A stretch of DNA of 63,782 nt, the filler included, from Pseudomonadota bacterium (GTDB taxonomy: Bacteria > Desulfobacterota > Desulfobacteria > Desulfobacterales > JBDRRP01), in NCBI GenBank assembly GCA_043825735.1. It is 6 parts of 5 records of this genome, joined end to end, with 100 filler letters (N's around TTAATTAATTAA, not from the genome) between each part and the next. Parts side by side here need not be neighbours in the genome. Positions count along the whole stretch, not along the records: positions 21,092 to 47,878 come from JBDRRP010000073.1; 5 more parts are not named here. The stretch is one strand, 5' to 3'. Below, one piece after another: positions 30,996 to 40,798 of the stretch. Positions within the stretch are counted from its first letter, which is position 1, and the number at the start of each line of letters is the position of its first letter. The position numbers and the translations under genes are program-made. The notes under the pieces are model-generated. The model worked only from the letters and a program-made list of their open reading frames with translations. It had not been told where the DNA came from and ran no database searches.

Positions 30996-33082
30996 TGGAA
31001 CAAACCAATAATGCGGCAAACTGGGTTGATGCACTGGATCAGAAACTCTTTGAGACCTTTCCAGGGAGAGTTGTGCGCAAGGATCTGGTCAAAAGCTTCA
31101 AAGTGGGAGACAACATCCCCGTTTATGTATTGGAGTATCTGCTCGGAAAGTACTGTTCGACTACCCATGAAGTGGAAATCAAAGAAGGCATCCGTCGTGT
31201 CAAAGACGTGATTTCCGAACGGATCGTCCGGGCCGACCGGGGTGAATTGATCAAGTCCAACCTCAGAAAGAATGGTTTGCACAAACTGATTGACCTGGTG
31301 ACGGTCACTTTCGATGAAAAAGACGCTGGCGGGAAATACTGGGCATCTCTGGCTGCGGCAGGTATGGACCATGTCCATATTACCGAGTCCTTGGTTTACG
31401 AGCATGAGCGCCTGTTGACCGGAGGGATCTGGGCCAATCTGGAAATCACTTACGACGAAACCCGCATGCACAAGGGGATGACAAGGCCTTTTGTTCTCAA
31501 CCGTCTCCAGCCGATTCAGATCGCCAGTGCCAACCTGGAAGAGTTCGTCGCAGGGCGTGCGCGCTTCACGAGGGATGAATGGATCGATATCCTTTTGAGA
31601 ACAATGGGGTACGAGGCAACTCACGACGATTTTACTCCTCGCCGGAAACTGCTCTTTCTGACCCGCTTGATCCCAATGGTGGAAAAGAATTTCAACCTCA
31701 TCGAACTCGGACCCAGGGGGACCGGCAAATCTTATGTTTACCGTGAAATTTCGCCTTATGTGATTTTATTAAGCGGGGGGCAGGGCTCGGTTGCCGATCT
31801 GTTTGGATGGAAGAACCGCAAAGACAAACCCGGTCTGGTGGTGCGCTACGATATGGTGGCCTTCGATGAAGTGGCCGGCCCCAATTTCAAGAAGGAAAAC
31901 GACAAACAGATGTATAAAGGCTACATGGAGCAACGGTCCTTTTCTCGCGGCGACGATAAAGGAACGATCCAAGCGGATGCAGGGATCGTTTTTAACGGCA
32001 ACATCGATGGCGATGTCGAGTCCATCGCCAGGGTTTCGCATCTTTTCACGCCTCTGCCCGACTCCATCCGTAATGACATGGCCTTTCACGATCGCTGGCA
32101 CGCCTACTTGCCGGGATGGGAAATGCCAAAAATGCAAACAGCGTATTTCACTGATCACCTTGGATTCATTTCAGATTACATTGCCGAAATCTTCCACGAA
32201 GGGTTGCGCAACCGAAATTATGCCGACGCACATGAAAAGTATTTTTCTTTCGGAAACCATGTGGAAGCACGGGACAGAACTGCAACCGTCAAAACGGTCT
32301 CCGGGCTGGTCAAATTGCTCCATCCGGCCAACGATCCCGGCCGCGAGGAAATGGAAGAGTACGTCCGCTTTGCCCTGGAGATGCGCCGACGTGTCAAGGA
32401 GCAGCTCAAACGGATGGGCGGCATCGAGTACTCCAAAGTTAATTTTTCCTATCTGCGCAAGGACACGGGTGAGGAGCAATTCATCGGTTGCCCCGAATTA
32501 GGGACCATTCAACTCATCCCCGACACGCCCCTGCCGCCAGGAGATATCTTTACCATCGGCTATGATCCTGCTGAAACGCGTTATGGCCTCTATCGAATTC
32601 AGATAAACGTTTCTGTTGGTTCCGGAAAATTCCAGCTTGTCGGAACATCCTCAAAGAAAATCCGGGAAGCGGCAAAAATGGCACATGACTTTTTGAAAAC
32701 CAATGCCAAAAAAATCGGTATCGATCGGGAGATAGCCGGTTACGATGTCAACATCCAGGTGATCAGCCTCATGCAGGGCAAAGATGCCCATGACTTGGGA
32801 GTGGCATTCTTCGTGGGATTGGTTTCCGCAGTCCTTTCAAGAACGGTTGCGGCGGGCCTTGTGGTCCTCGGAGAAATGAGCCTTCACGGTGTTTTAAGCC
32901 ATGTGGAGGGGCTGGGCGACAAACTGCGCGTGGCCATGGATGCCGGGGCGCGACGCATCATGATTCCCACTGCTAATCGTAAAGACTTCGCGACATTACC
33001 TGATGAGGTGATCGACAAGATGCAAATCGAGTTTTACAGCGATCCGGCTCAGGCCGCTTTTAAGGCGTTGAGTGCAGGGTGA
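30992..33082 (+). CDS. brxL: BREX Lon-like AAA+ protein BrxL
   Basis: FPGRVVRKDL, PVYVLEYLLGKYC, ELGPRGTGKS, AFDEVA, EMRRRVKEQL, Lon-like C-terminus. Confidence 0.95.
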   Translation: MMEQTNNAANWVDALDQKLFETFPGRVVRKDLVKSFKVGDNIPVYVLEYLLGKYCSTTHEVEIKEGIRRVKDVISERIVRADRGELIKSNLRKNGLHKLIDLVTVTFDEKDAGGKYWASLAAAGMDHVHITESLVYEHERLLTGGIWANLEITYDETRMHKGMTRPFVLNRLQPIQIASANLEEFVAGRARFTRDEWIDILLRTMGYEATHDDFTPRRKLLFLTRLIPMVEKNFNLIELGPRGTGKSYVYREISPYVILLSGGQGSVADLFGWKNRKDKPGLVVRYDMVAFDEVAGPNFKKENDKQMYKGYMEQRSFSRGDDKGTIQADAGIVFNGNIDGDVESIARVSHLFTPLPDSIRNDMAFHDRWHAYLPGWEMPKMQTAYFTDHLGFISDYIAEIFHEGLRNRNYADAHEKYFSFGNHVEARDRTATVKTVSGLVKLLHPANDPGREEMEEYVRFALEMRRRVKEQLKRMGGIEYSKVNFSYLRKDTGEEQFIGCPELGTIQLIPDTPLPPGDIFTIGYDPAETRYGLYRIQINVSVGSGKFQLVGTSSKKIREAAKMAHDFLKTNAKKIGIDREIAGYDVNIQVISLMQGKDAHDLGVAFFVGLVSAVLSRTVAAGLVVLGEMSLHGVLSHVEGLGDKLRVAMDAGARRIMIPTANRKDFATLPDEVIDKMQIEFYSDPAQAAFKALSAG

Positions 33083-33108
33083 AAAATTACAGATTATTAT
33101 ATAATAGA

Positions 33109-33178
33109 TCGTCACGAGCGTCATGGTCTAATTTTAAAATGTAATTACAGAACCGTGCGGATGACGCTCTCGTGACGA
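33109..33178. repeat. ATGACG-motif inverted repeat
   Basis: TCGTCACGAGCGTCAT / ATGACGCTCTCGTGACGA around an AT-rich core. Confidence 0.6.
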
Positions 33179-33309
33179 AATGACACTTACAGGAGATTGT
33201 AATGACGGGATGCTTGAAACGAACTGCCTACCGGGGGATACCCACAGTGACACGGGGAGTGGAGCCCCACCCTTCGGCAGGGCTCCATCGAGCAGTCTGA
33301 CTGCGCCGC

Positions 33310-35223
33310 TCAGTCCAACGGCCACTCTTCGGATTTTTCGTTTCTCGGTAATCCAAGCCTTTTAAGAAAATCGCCTTTGAACCGGATCAGCGGATCGTTT
33401 TTGTACCTGTCGTAGATCGGCTCTAAACGCTCAGGTGTCTGACCCTCTTCGATTTTTGTAAATGCCGCATCGATTTCCGGGTTTTGGTATTTCTTGATGT
33501 ACCAAGCATGGTTCAGCGTCCCGATCCAGATGGATTGGCTCGCGAAGGGCCTCAGTTCCTCCACCAGGTCGCAAACGTTGGCTGAGTCAAGCATTGGCTC
33601 CATACTGACCGAAGTCCTAAATCCGGCTGAATGCGCCAGCACGAGGGCTTGTTTCCGGTCGGTGAAGTCCGGAGCACCCGGCTCCCAGAAAGACAGGACC
33701 TCGTCGCTCCTGGCGCCGATGGTGAATCGGAAAAGGATCTGTTTTCGGTAACCAACGAAGTCCCGGCAGAGAATATCGATCAGTTTCAGCCGCGGCTTGG
33801 ACACCACAAGAACCCGATTGCCAGCAGTCAAGAGCTTACCCAGAACGGTCCGGCATGCCTCGAAGTTACCCTCCGTGATGTCATGGGTACTGGGAAACAT
33901 CACCGTGGGATTGTATTTTGGATAGGACCTTGCCACATCCTTTTCCCGTATCGCTCCCAGTAACCATTGTTCGTCTGTCAGACGGCTGAAACGAAGCACC
34001 GCCTCACCCCGGGCGTAGCAATACAGGCAGCCATTTGAGCATCCATTGCAGCAGTTGACGGTTTTTGAGGACCAGTCCTGAACCCGGTTAATTCCGGTTT
34101 TCGAACTTTTCCGCGCTGGCAAGAGGTTTCCACCCCCCGCCCTCGCCCGATTGAGGTTTCTCGCTACGACCGCCTCCGATTCGTTGGCATAGCAGTACAG
34201 GCAGTTATGCTGGCACGTACTGTAGCCGCCGATATCGACGCTCGGAATACAGCCGCAGGCCTTGCGAAGGCCCGATGCCTTGACGTTCGCCGGGATGGCC
34301 AGGTGATCCATCAGGGCCTTATCATGACTGAACACTTTCCGGATCAGGCCGTCATCGATGCACTTGTTGGGCTGGATGCCGAAGCGCGTCAGGTCCTGTT
34401 CCGCGCAGGCCGCCACGGTCATGCCATATCGCTCACCAATCAGAGCCATCGATTTCGCTACCGCCTCAATTTCTTTTTCGGTGAAGGCTCTGGGGTTGAT
34501 GCCGGCCTTGGCGAGTTTCCTGTCAGCCTTTTTATGAGCGCCAGGCTTGAAGAAGCTGAAGACCAGCTTATCGGTGTATCCGGCGAGCTCCCGGGCGATG
34601 GCGTTCACCCGATGGACTACGGTTAACGGCGTCAACTGGTCGGTCGCAATCAACGGATCGAAGCGCCAGATGACCCGCTCCTTGCCAATGCGGCCTGCCA
34701 GGTGCTGGAAGGAGTCGATGCGATTGTGCAGGCTGGGCACGCCTGGCTCAAAGCCCTCGGTCTCATAGTCGTTGAGGGTGAAGTGGAAATAATAGTTGAT
34801 GCCACGCTCATCCAACTCATGAAGCCGGCTGGCCATGGGCAATGGGTTTTTGGTCCAGAACACGATGAGCCGGGTGTTTTCAAAGGACACCGTCACCTCG
34901 CCGCCATGGGGCTGGTTGTAGCTCAGATGCCCTTCAGCGAGACGGTCGAAAAACCAATCGCTGTGGCAGCCCGGGATGTCTGTCCGGTAGCTGGCGGACA
35001 TGACCACCGGTGAGACGGTCTTTGATTCACCGGCGCCTTTTACATGCCCCATGAGCTTACACTCCTCGGCATCAATCCCCCGCCGCTGTTCTCTTTCATC
35101 AAGAGAATCTTTTCTGAATCCGGAGTAAAATCCACCATGGGGCAAAACGCCCTGCCGTTCTTCTTGTATTTGTCCGAGAACTCCTTCTGGGGGAAGTCCC
35201 CTTGGTCTCTTTTTTTCTAACAT
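33310..35223 (-). CDS. DUF1848 domain fused to a second radical-SAM-type domain
   Basis: SASYRTDIP, IVFWTKNP, WRFDP, CID, CGC..SVDIG.YSTCQHNCLYCYA; then NCCNGCSNGCLYCYA, PSTHD, VSKP, SVSMEP. Confidence 0.85.
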   Translation of the reverse strand: MLEKKRPRGLPPEGVLGQIQEERQGVLPHGGFYSGFRKDSLDEREQRRGIDAEECKLMGHVKGAGESKTVSPVVMSASYRTDIPGCHSDWFFDRLAEGHLSYNQPHGGEVTVSFENTRLIVFWTKNPLPMASRLHELDERGINYYFHFTLNDYETEGFEPGVPSLHNRIDSFQHLAGRIGKERVIWRFDPLIATDQLTPLTVVHRVNAIARELAGYTDKLVFSFFKPGAHKKADRKLAKAGINPRAFTEKEIEAVAKSMALIGERYGMTVAACAEQDLTRFGIQPNKCIDDGLIRKVFSHDKALMDHLAIPANVKASGLRKACGCIPSVDIGGYSTCQHNCLYCYANESEAVVARNLNRARAGGGNLLPARKSSKTGINRVQDWSSKTVNCCNGCSNGCLYCYARGEAVLRFSRLTDEQWLLGAIREKDVARSYPKYNPTVMFPSTHDITEGNFEACRTVLGKLLTAGNRVLVVSKPRLKLIDILCRDFVGYRKQILFRFTIGARSDEVLSFWEPGAPDFTDRKQALVLAHSAGFRTSVSMEPMLDSANVCDLVEELRPFASQSIWIGTLNHAWYIKKYQNPEIDAAFTKIEEGQTPERLEPIYDRYKNDPLIRFKGDFLKRLGLPRNEKSEEWPLD

Positions 35224-35493
35224 CCTGTAATCTCCTTATTTTTTTGGTGTAATAATTCATTATTTCCTCCGTTATAAAAATGTTTCTGCTTCCCACAAAG
35301 AGCAGATTGTCTCAGCGCTGATAAGACGGACCGACTGACCCGGAACGCCCGTGCTTGTTGGGTTTGCCGTGACGCTGCCACCACGAATTCACCGCTGGGG
35401 CAGATTGTAATGGGTACCCTCCGGCACCCATTCACACACACTTCCGGAAAATTTCCGTAATCAGCCGTGACTGCGTTTTTATTTCGGCCTGAG

Positions 35494-35715
35494 TCAATCA
35501 TCATGCCGCTCTCTTCCCCTTGCCCCGCGCCATCCCCCGGCATGAAAAGCCAGACCTTTACGGGCGATACGGTGATATTCGGGCTCTCGCTCATTACCGA
35601 TGAACCGCAGGGCCGGCGTAAGCCGACCCTCCGGGGACTTCACTTCAAGCTCCTGCCCGTCCAGACGAAGCCTGAAACCACGAGCAAGGAACCTATGAAG
35701 AAGAGACGCCGCCAT
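35494..35715 (-). CDS. Small protein resembling TubC-N-like proteins found beside element primases; possibly degraded
   Basis: LLHRFLARGFRLRLDGQELEVKSPEGRLTP; starts 4 nt after the upstream ATPase stop. Confidence 0.4.
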   Translation of the reverse strand: MAASLLHRFLARGFRLRLDGQELEVKSPEGRLTPALRFIGNEREPEYHRIARKGLAFHAGGWRGARGRERHDD

Positions 35716-35719
35716 CAGA

Positions 35720-37756
35720 TTAGCCCCTCGCCGTAGCAAATGCCTGTGCGGCGGCCACTGCGGCTTCCGATGATTCAGCCGGTTCTGACGAACCATCCAC
35801 AAATGCGTCTTGATCAAAGAGGGCATCCAGTTCTGCGGCAGAAACGCCAGAATTCTGCATCGGTGCGGGCTGATCGAATTTCTTGGACACGGACGCGGGT
35901 TCCGAGGCGACCTTGCTGAGGATGATGAGGCGCTTGTTGGAGAGTCGCTTCCTCATGATGGTGATGCCTTTGTTAGCCAGAAAACCCTGAATCTCCATCA
36001 ACCGGTTGGCGAGAGTGTTGGGGGCCTTGGGCCACTCCTTCTGCTTCTTGACATCGGTGGGCGCCAATTTATGCAGCGATTTAAGCAGTGTTGAAGCGGT
36101 ATAATTCGGTTCATATTTGCCATCCATAAGCTTCAGTATCATCTCGGCGACGGGGTCCGCCTCGATGGCCATATCGACCATATCGATGCGGTTGCCATCG
36201 TAGGCCGCCTCAAACTTACCGGGATCCCAGGGGCAGGCAGGCTCTGCCGCGACCACCCATTTCGCGAAATCGGCCAAGCGGGGCATTGAATCCAGTTTTA
36301 CCTGGTCGTAATTCTTGAGGGCGGTGGCCAAGGCACTGTAAAAGGCCCCGAGGATCTTCGGCCTGGCCTGCTCCCATGCGGCCCAGAATTCGGTTTCCGT
36401 TCTCCGATCGGACGTGTAGATGGGCGCCAGCTCAATCCAAATGGACCGATCAAGAAAGTCGTTCTGCTTGGCGAACTGCGTGATGCCGTTGAAAGCCAAC
36501 GGGCGCTTCACCGTGATGACCACCTCTTCGTTGGTGGTGTAAAGCTTCCTGGTCCGGAAGGTTCCGCCGGTTGTCAGCCGGCAGTAGGCATTCGACATCG
36601 TGTCCTTGATGGCCGATACGTTGTCGATGTTCTGCAGCCACCCGTGCGAAGCAGCGATGAAAAGGTCCTGTTCCGACTTGGGCTGGGAAGAAAGGGCCGC
36701 AATAGAGGGGTCAACAAGGCTGCCGATGATCCTGAGCATGGTGCTTTTCGCAGCACCTTGAGGCCCGTGCACGGTGAGCATCGGAAAGGGGCCGACCGGA
36801 TTCATGGCCCCGAGGATGAAAGCCACGATCAGGGTGAACTGCGCCTCCGAGCGAATGTTCAGAAAAGGCGCCAGATCTCTAATTCTACCGCCCCTCTCGG
36901 GCTTGACCTGTTCGAGCATGTTGGGGTTCCGAAGAAACCAAGGGGAGTTGAAATCGTGCCGGCGGAGACTCCAGCCATCGGCGGTGATTTCCACATAGTG
37001 GCCGGCCGGATCCCCGAGATCGACATACAAGGTGTCCCCGATTTTGGCGTACCTGATGAAGCTGGCGTTCTGGGTACCATCAAACAACCCCGTCCAAGCG
37101 AGCTTCCGCATCAACTTTTTCAGATCGGCCTTGGACGGGACCTCTTTTTTCTTCTTATAGTGGCGCCAGGCGAGGTGTTTCATAAATCTGGGGCTTTCAA
37201 CTGGCATGGTCTCGTAGGCGCGGCCATTGTCGACTTTGACATGGACCTCCTCTGTCAGGTTGTGCATCAGGGCCATCTCGCCGAGCACCTCATCCGTGTG
37301 AATGAAGGGTCCGGAAGGCGCTACGGTGTCGGCGGGCTCGGCAGGAACAGTGTCCGCGGCCGGCACCTCCAGAGTTTCTGGGGCAGGCTCCTGGAGTACC
37401 TCCATCTCGACTGGCGCTTTTTCAGCGGCGGCCTTTTTCATGGCTGCTTGCTCCTCGACCTTGGGTTGACCCGCCGCCTCAATGGCAACCGTGTCGAATT
37501 TCTCATGGAGGAGCGCCTTTTTGCGGGCTTTCTCGCCTGCATCAAGGTCGGAGAAAAACGGCGGCGCTGAGCCCTTGGCAGAAACAGCTGGTGCCGGCTC
37601 GATCTTCCGAACGGCCGGTGTCCAGGCATCGAACTTCAATGCGAGCAGCTCTTTAATGGTAGGGGTGGATGCAGCCGACGCCTGCTCAGCGGGATAATCA
37701 CTGGCGGGCATGACTGCGGCCTGTTGTGCGGTTGTGGTTTCGTGGGTGTTTTCCAT
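35720..37756 (-). CDS. Mobile-element P-loop ATPase (primase-associated helicase-like)
   Basis: AAGGAGG RBS; HGPQGAAKST Walker A, IDNVS, RKLYTT, FNGI, DFLDRS, PRLADF. Confidence 0.8.
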   Translation of the reverse strand: MENTHETTTAQQAAVMPASDYPAEQASAASTPTIKELLALKFDAWTPAVRKIEPAPAVSAKGSAPPFFSDLDAGEKARKKALLHEKFDTVAIEAAGQPKVEEQAAMKKAAAEKAPVEMEVLQEPAPETLEVPAADTVPAEPADTVAPSGPFIHTDEVLGEMALMHNLTEEVHVKVDNGRAYETMPVESPRFMKHLAWRHYKKKKEVPSKADLKKLMRKLAWTGLFDGTQNASFIRYAKIGDTLYVDLGDPAGHYVEITADGWSLRRHDFNSPWFLRNPNMLEQVKPERGGRIRDLAPFLNIRSEAQFTLIVAFILGAMNPVGPFPMLTVHGPQGAAKSTMLRIIGSLVDPSIAALSSQPKSEQDLFIAASHGWLQNIDNVSAIKDTMSNAYCRLTTGGTFRTRKLYTTNEEVVITVKRPLAFNGITQFAKQNDFLDRSIWIELAPIYTSDRRTETEFWAAWEQARPKILGAFYSALATALKNYDQVKLDSMPRLADFAKWVVAAEPACPWDPGKFEAAYDGNRIDMVDMAIEADPVAEMILKLMDGKYEPNYTASTLLKSLHKLAPTDVKKQKEWPKAPNTLANRLMEIQGFLANKGITIMRKRLSNKRLIILSKVASEPASVSKKFDQPAPMQNSGVSAAELDALFDQDAFVDGSSEPAESSEAAVAAAQAFATARG

Positions 37757-37934
37757 AATACGCCTCCTTGTGATGAAGATTGTTGTAGTAGGAGAGCAGC
37801 GAATCTGCTCGCCCTACTTCTGTGGGAGGACGAGAGGCGTATTTCCCAATGACCAGACGCGTCATTGGGGAAAAAGTTGAAAAAAAATGATTGGGCTGTT
37901 GTTAGAGGAAGAATCGAAAGAGTTTTGGCGGTGA

Positions 37935-38007
37935 GAGCGTCATGTCGTCATCATCTAAAATTCAGCAAGTGATTTCGGATAGATACGGCATGACGACAGG
38001 AATGACG
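37935..38007. repeat. Nested ATGACG inverted repeats (candidate origin or binding site)
   Basis: GAGCGTCATGTCGTCAT ... ATGACGACAGGAATGACG. Confidence 0.55.
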
Positions 38008-38087
38008 ATCCAATACGGCCATTTGGAGCGCGCTGACGGTCGTCATCGGGTCTGGCAGCCGGGGGAAGGTGCTGTCAGCCTCTTGGC

Positions 38088-38110
38088 TGTGTGAGAATCT
38101 GTGTGAGAAA
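38088..38110 (+). repeat. Tandem TGTGTGAGAA, candidate integrase arm-type sites
   Basis: Two direct copies about 120 bp inside the att-like tRNA fragment. Confidence 0.5.
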
Positions 38111-38226
38111 AAGGTTCCAAAACCTGCTAAAATGGGTGAAAACTGGAAAAAACGTGGAATACATAACCTACTGTTATTACATTATATTATTGTAAATTGA
38201 GGAATGTAGGAAACTCGGAGGCAATT

Positions 38227-38272
38227 GCTGTTAACCATCTTGTCCGCGGTTCGAATCCGTGCTGGGGAGCCA
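38227..38272 (+). mobile_element. tRNA-Asn(GTT) 3' fragment, island attachment site
   Basis: GCTGTTAACC anticodon loop, GGTTCGAATCC T-arm, CCA end; no 5' half upstream. Confidence 0.85.
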
Positions 38273-38278
38273 TCTTTA

Positions 38279-38318
38279 AGGGGCCCGGTCCAATCAGGAT
38301 CGGGCCCTTTTTTTTTTA
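38279..38318 (+). terminator. Intrinsic terminator
   Basis: GGGCCCGGTCC / GGATCGGGCCC followed by a T run. Confidence 0.75.
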
Positions 38319-38332
38319 TAGGCAAACCGCAC

Positions 38333-38611
38333 ATGGCCTATTGGGTATACATTCTTAAAAGTGAAACCAGCGGCCGATACTATTGCGGCCATACCGAGGA
38401 TCTAACCCGCCGCTTATCCCAGCATAACGATCCCGAATACCATGGCAGCCGCACCACAAAAGTGTTCAAAGGCCCGTGGCAACTGATCTGGTCCTCCGAA
38501 ACCGAAAGCCGTGGGGAGGCGGTTGTGCTTGAGAGAAAAATTAAAAAACGCGGGATCCACCGTTACCTTGAGGATGTTTCGTCGGTAGTGCCACGCCTGC
38601 GGTGGGATTAA
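38333..38611 (+). CDS. GIY-YIG nuclease family protein
   Basis: WVYILKS, YYCGHTEDLTRRLSQHN, GPWQL, EAVVLERKIK. Confidence 0.92.
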   Translation: MAYWVYILKSETSGRYYCGHTEDLTRRLSQHNDPEYHGSRTTKVFKGPWQLIWSSETESRGEAVVLERKIKKRGIHRYLEDVSSVVPRLRWD

Positions 38612-38661
38612 TAGCGCCGTGGTGCTATCAAATCCGCGGCCTCGTCCCGCCGAAGGCGGGA

Positions 38662-38684
38662 TTCGAATCCGTGCTGGGGAGCCA
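38662..38684 (+). repeat. Second copy of the tRNA-Asn 3' end
   Basis: TTCGAATCCGTGCTGGGGAGCCA identical to 38250-38272; terminator follows at 38693-38731. Confidence 0.9.
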
Positions 38685-39197
38685 TTCGACACAAAAAAGA
38701 GGCACCCACTAACGCGGGTGCCTCTTTTTTTGCTCATGGTCTCCCGGCCGTGGTACTGTAACGCGCCGAGAGGTTTGGAACCACGCTAAACTCGCGGCGG
38801 AAATTCGCCACTTAGTGGGCAAATCCCCCTCTGAGTCCCCCCTGGGTCGCTTTCCCATCTTTCAGAATGTGGAGATAGATCACACTTGGAATGAGTCAGG
38901 CATTCTCTGATGTCTGCGCCGTTATGGCCACCGGCCAATGGTAGGCGTATAGGGTGGTGTAAAGGTGCAAAATTTTATTCAACTCGACCGAAGGAATTAT
39001 GGTCGAAGTCCGCGACGTCAGGATAGAAAAAAGACCAGTGTTCAATTAGCCACTACAGTTGTGAAAAGCACAAACTTATGGGCGTCATCAAAAAGTCAGT
39101 CTCGCCCGCAGGCCGTACACCCAGACCGAACTTTCTTCAGGGTTGGGAATTTTTGCGCTTATCGCAACCAGGTATGGCGCCGGAAGGGGCGCCTGCC

Positions 39198-39631
39198 TCA
39201 ACCGGCCCGCTTCTCCATGGCCCTTTGCAGGGCTTCTTTAAAGGGGCCCATTAAGGCCGCTGTAGACACCCCGATCATCAGCACCCCATTGAGGGCTTCG
39301 AGGGCGCCAGCAGTTTATAGGTGTCGGACATGACAATATCCCCATACCCGAGCGAACCAAAATTTACCGCCGAGTGGTAAAACGCGGTGCTGAATTGCTG
39401 GAATTCTCCTAAAACCAGGAACATCAGCGCCCAGACGGCAATTTGTGCCAGGTTGCCGATTACCAGCAGAAGCATCACGCCGTTGAGTACGGCCAGGCTG
39501 GACCATGGCGAAGTATTGTTCACCATGCGTCGATGATTGAGGTAATAACGTATTGCCGCCACCAGCAAAATGGTCTGCAGAGACAGCCACAGTATCATGG
39601 TCGGCAGTCCGAGCAGTAAATTGGTCAGCAT
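39198..39631 (-). pseudogene. Two-TM potassium-channel-like protein, frameshifted near 39307
   Basis: FYHSAVNFGSLGYGDIV filter; ALEALNGVLMIGVSTA continues in another frame. Confidence 0.75.
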
Positions 39632-40674
39632 GGGACCGGCGCCTTATCAGGTTTGGACACGGCCATTCGGCGCTGCCGGCGGGTGTGCAGAGATTCCAGC
39701 AAGAACACCGCAAGCCACGCGTAAAGGGTCACCGCAACAAATAACCCGAAGCGGACGGCAAAAGCAGCATACACATCTTTTCCATTGGCGCTGTCTTCAA
39801 CTGCCGGGCCCAGCAGGATAAGCAGGGTCATCACCGTATTGAGCCAGAAAGATGCCGGATAACGGGAGGGGCTGAGTAGGTAAATCTTACTGGCGAAATA
39901 GATCCCGAACAGCAGCATCAGTAGAAAGAACATCCATAAATGGGTAAACAGCCCCAGCAAGGCCCAGAACCCGATGGCGAAACAGCCGCCCATGAAAGTG
40001 GAGCCCACCAGTTCCCGGCCCGCGCTCCGGGCATCGACCAGTGAGCTCTGTTTGGCCAGGGCAACCGCTTTCATGACGATCGCCATGTAGGCGGCCGGGT
40101 TGGTCAAGACCAGGAAATATACAGGAAACACAATCAGCACGCCCCGCAAGGCCAGCCAGTTGGATTGGGCCGCCGTACTTTTGGGTGCGGCCTGGGCGGC
40201 CGGCGGGGCCGGGTCCTCCGGAAACCAGGGATACACCAGCCACTGGCATACGACCGCCAGGCTGATGCCCAGCACCAGCGCCTGGATAACCAGGACCGCG
40301 AGGCTGAAGTCCACGGTGCCGGCTGCGGAAATCAGCGTGAACCCGACAGTGAGCAGTGAACCGACCAGCCCCTTGCCCAGGTTGACACTCAGATAGAAAC
40401 AGAAATAGAGGCCGATGAGGACCACCAGTACGGCCGTGATGGGCTGGTGTAGAAGCAGCGGGATCAGCAGCAGCCCGATGCCCAGGGTGATGAGCACGAC
40501 CAGCACCAGCCCCAGCAGGCTTTTGGGCCCCATGGGAGGCGCCGGCGCGGCGGTCAGGATCAGGGCGAACAGGGGCGCAATAAACGGCAGCGGCAGCACC
40601 AGGGCGTAGGCCAGCGCCAGCGTCAGCGCCACGACCATGCTCAAACGAAATATTCGCCGTGCCTGAATATGCAA
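39625..40674 (-). CDS. DUF2955/FUSC-like inner membrane protein
   Basis: Multi-TM ORF in operon with HlyD and an outer membrane factor. Confidence 0.75.
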   Translation of the reverse strand: MHIQARRIFRLSMVVALTLALAYALVLPLPFIAPLFALILTAAPAPPMGPKSLLGLVLVVLITLGIGLLLIPLLLHQPITAVLVVLIGLYFCFYLSVNLGKGLVGSLLTVGFTLISAAGTVDFSLAVLVIQALVLGISLAVVCQWLVYPWFPEDPAPPAAQAAPKSTAAQSNWLALRGVLIVFPVYFLVLTNPAAYMAIVMKAVALAKQSSLVDARSAGRELVGSTFMGGCFAIGFWALLGLFTHLWMFFLLMLLFGIYFASKIYLLSPSRYPASFWLNTVMTLLILLGPAVEDSANGKDVYAAFAVRFGLFVAVTLYAWLAVFLLESLHTRRQRRMAVSKPDKAPVPC

Positions 40675-40798
40675 AGTCTTACCCCGCGATGCCGTTAAAA
40701 GCTATCTCATAATAGTCTTTTGAGATAACTTATCGTTTTGCGCCCCACAAATAAGGAGAATAAAGATTTACAACTCTATCATGGATTCATGGGACACC

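Noticed and set aside
38227..38272. Complete tRNA-Asn gene
   Set aside because: Acceptor 5' strand and D-arm are absent, so it was called an att fragment
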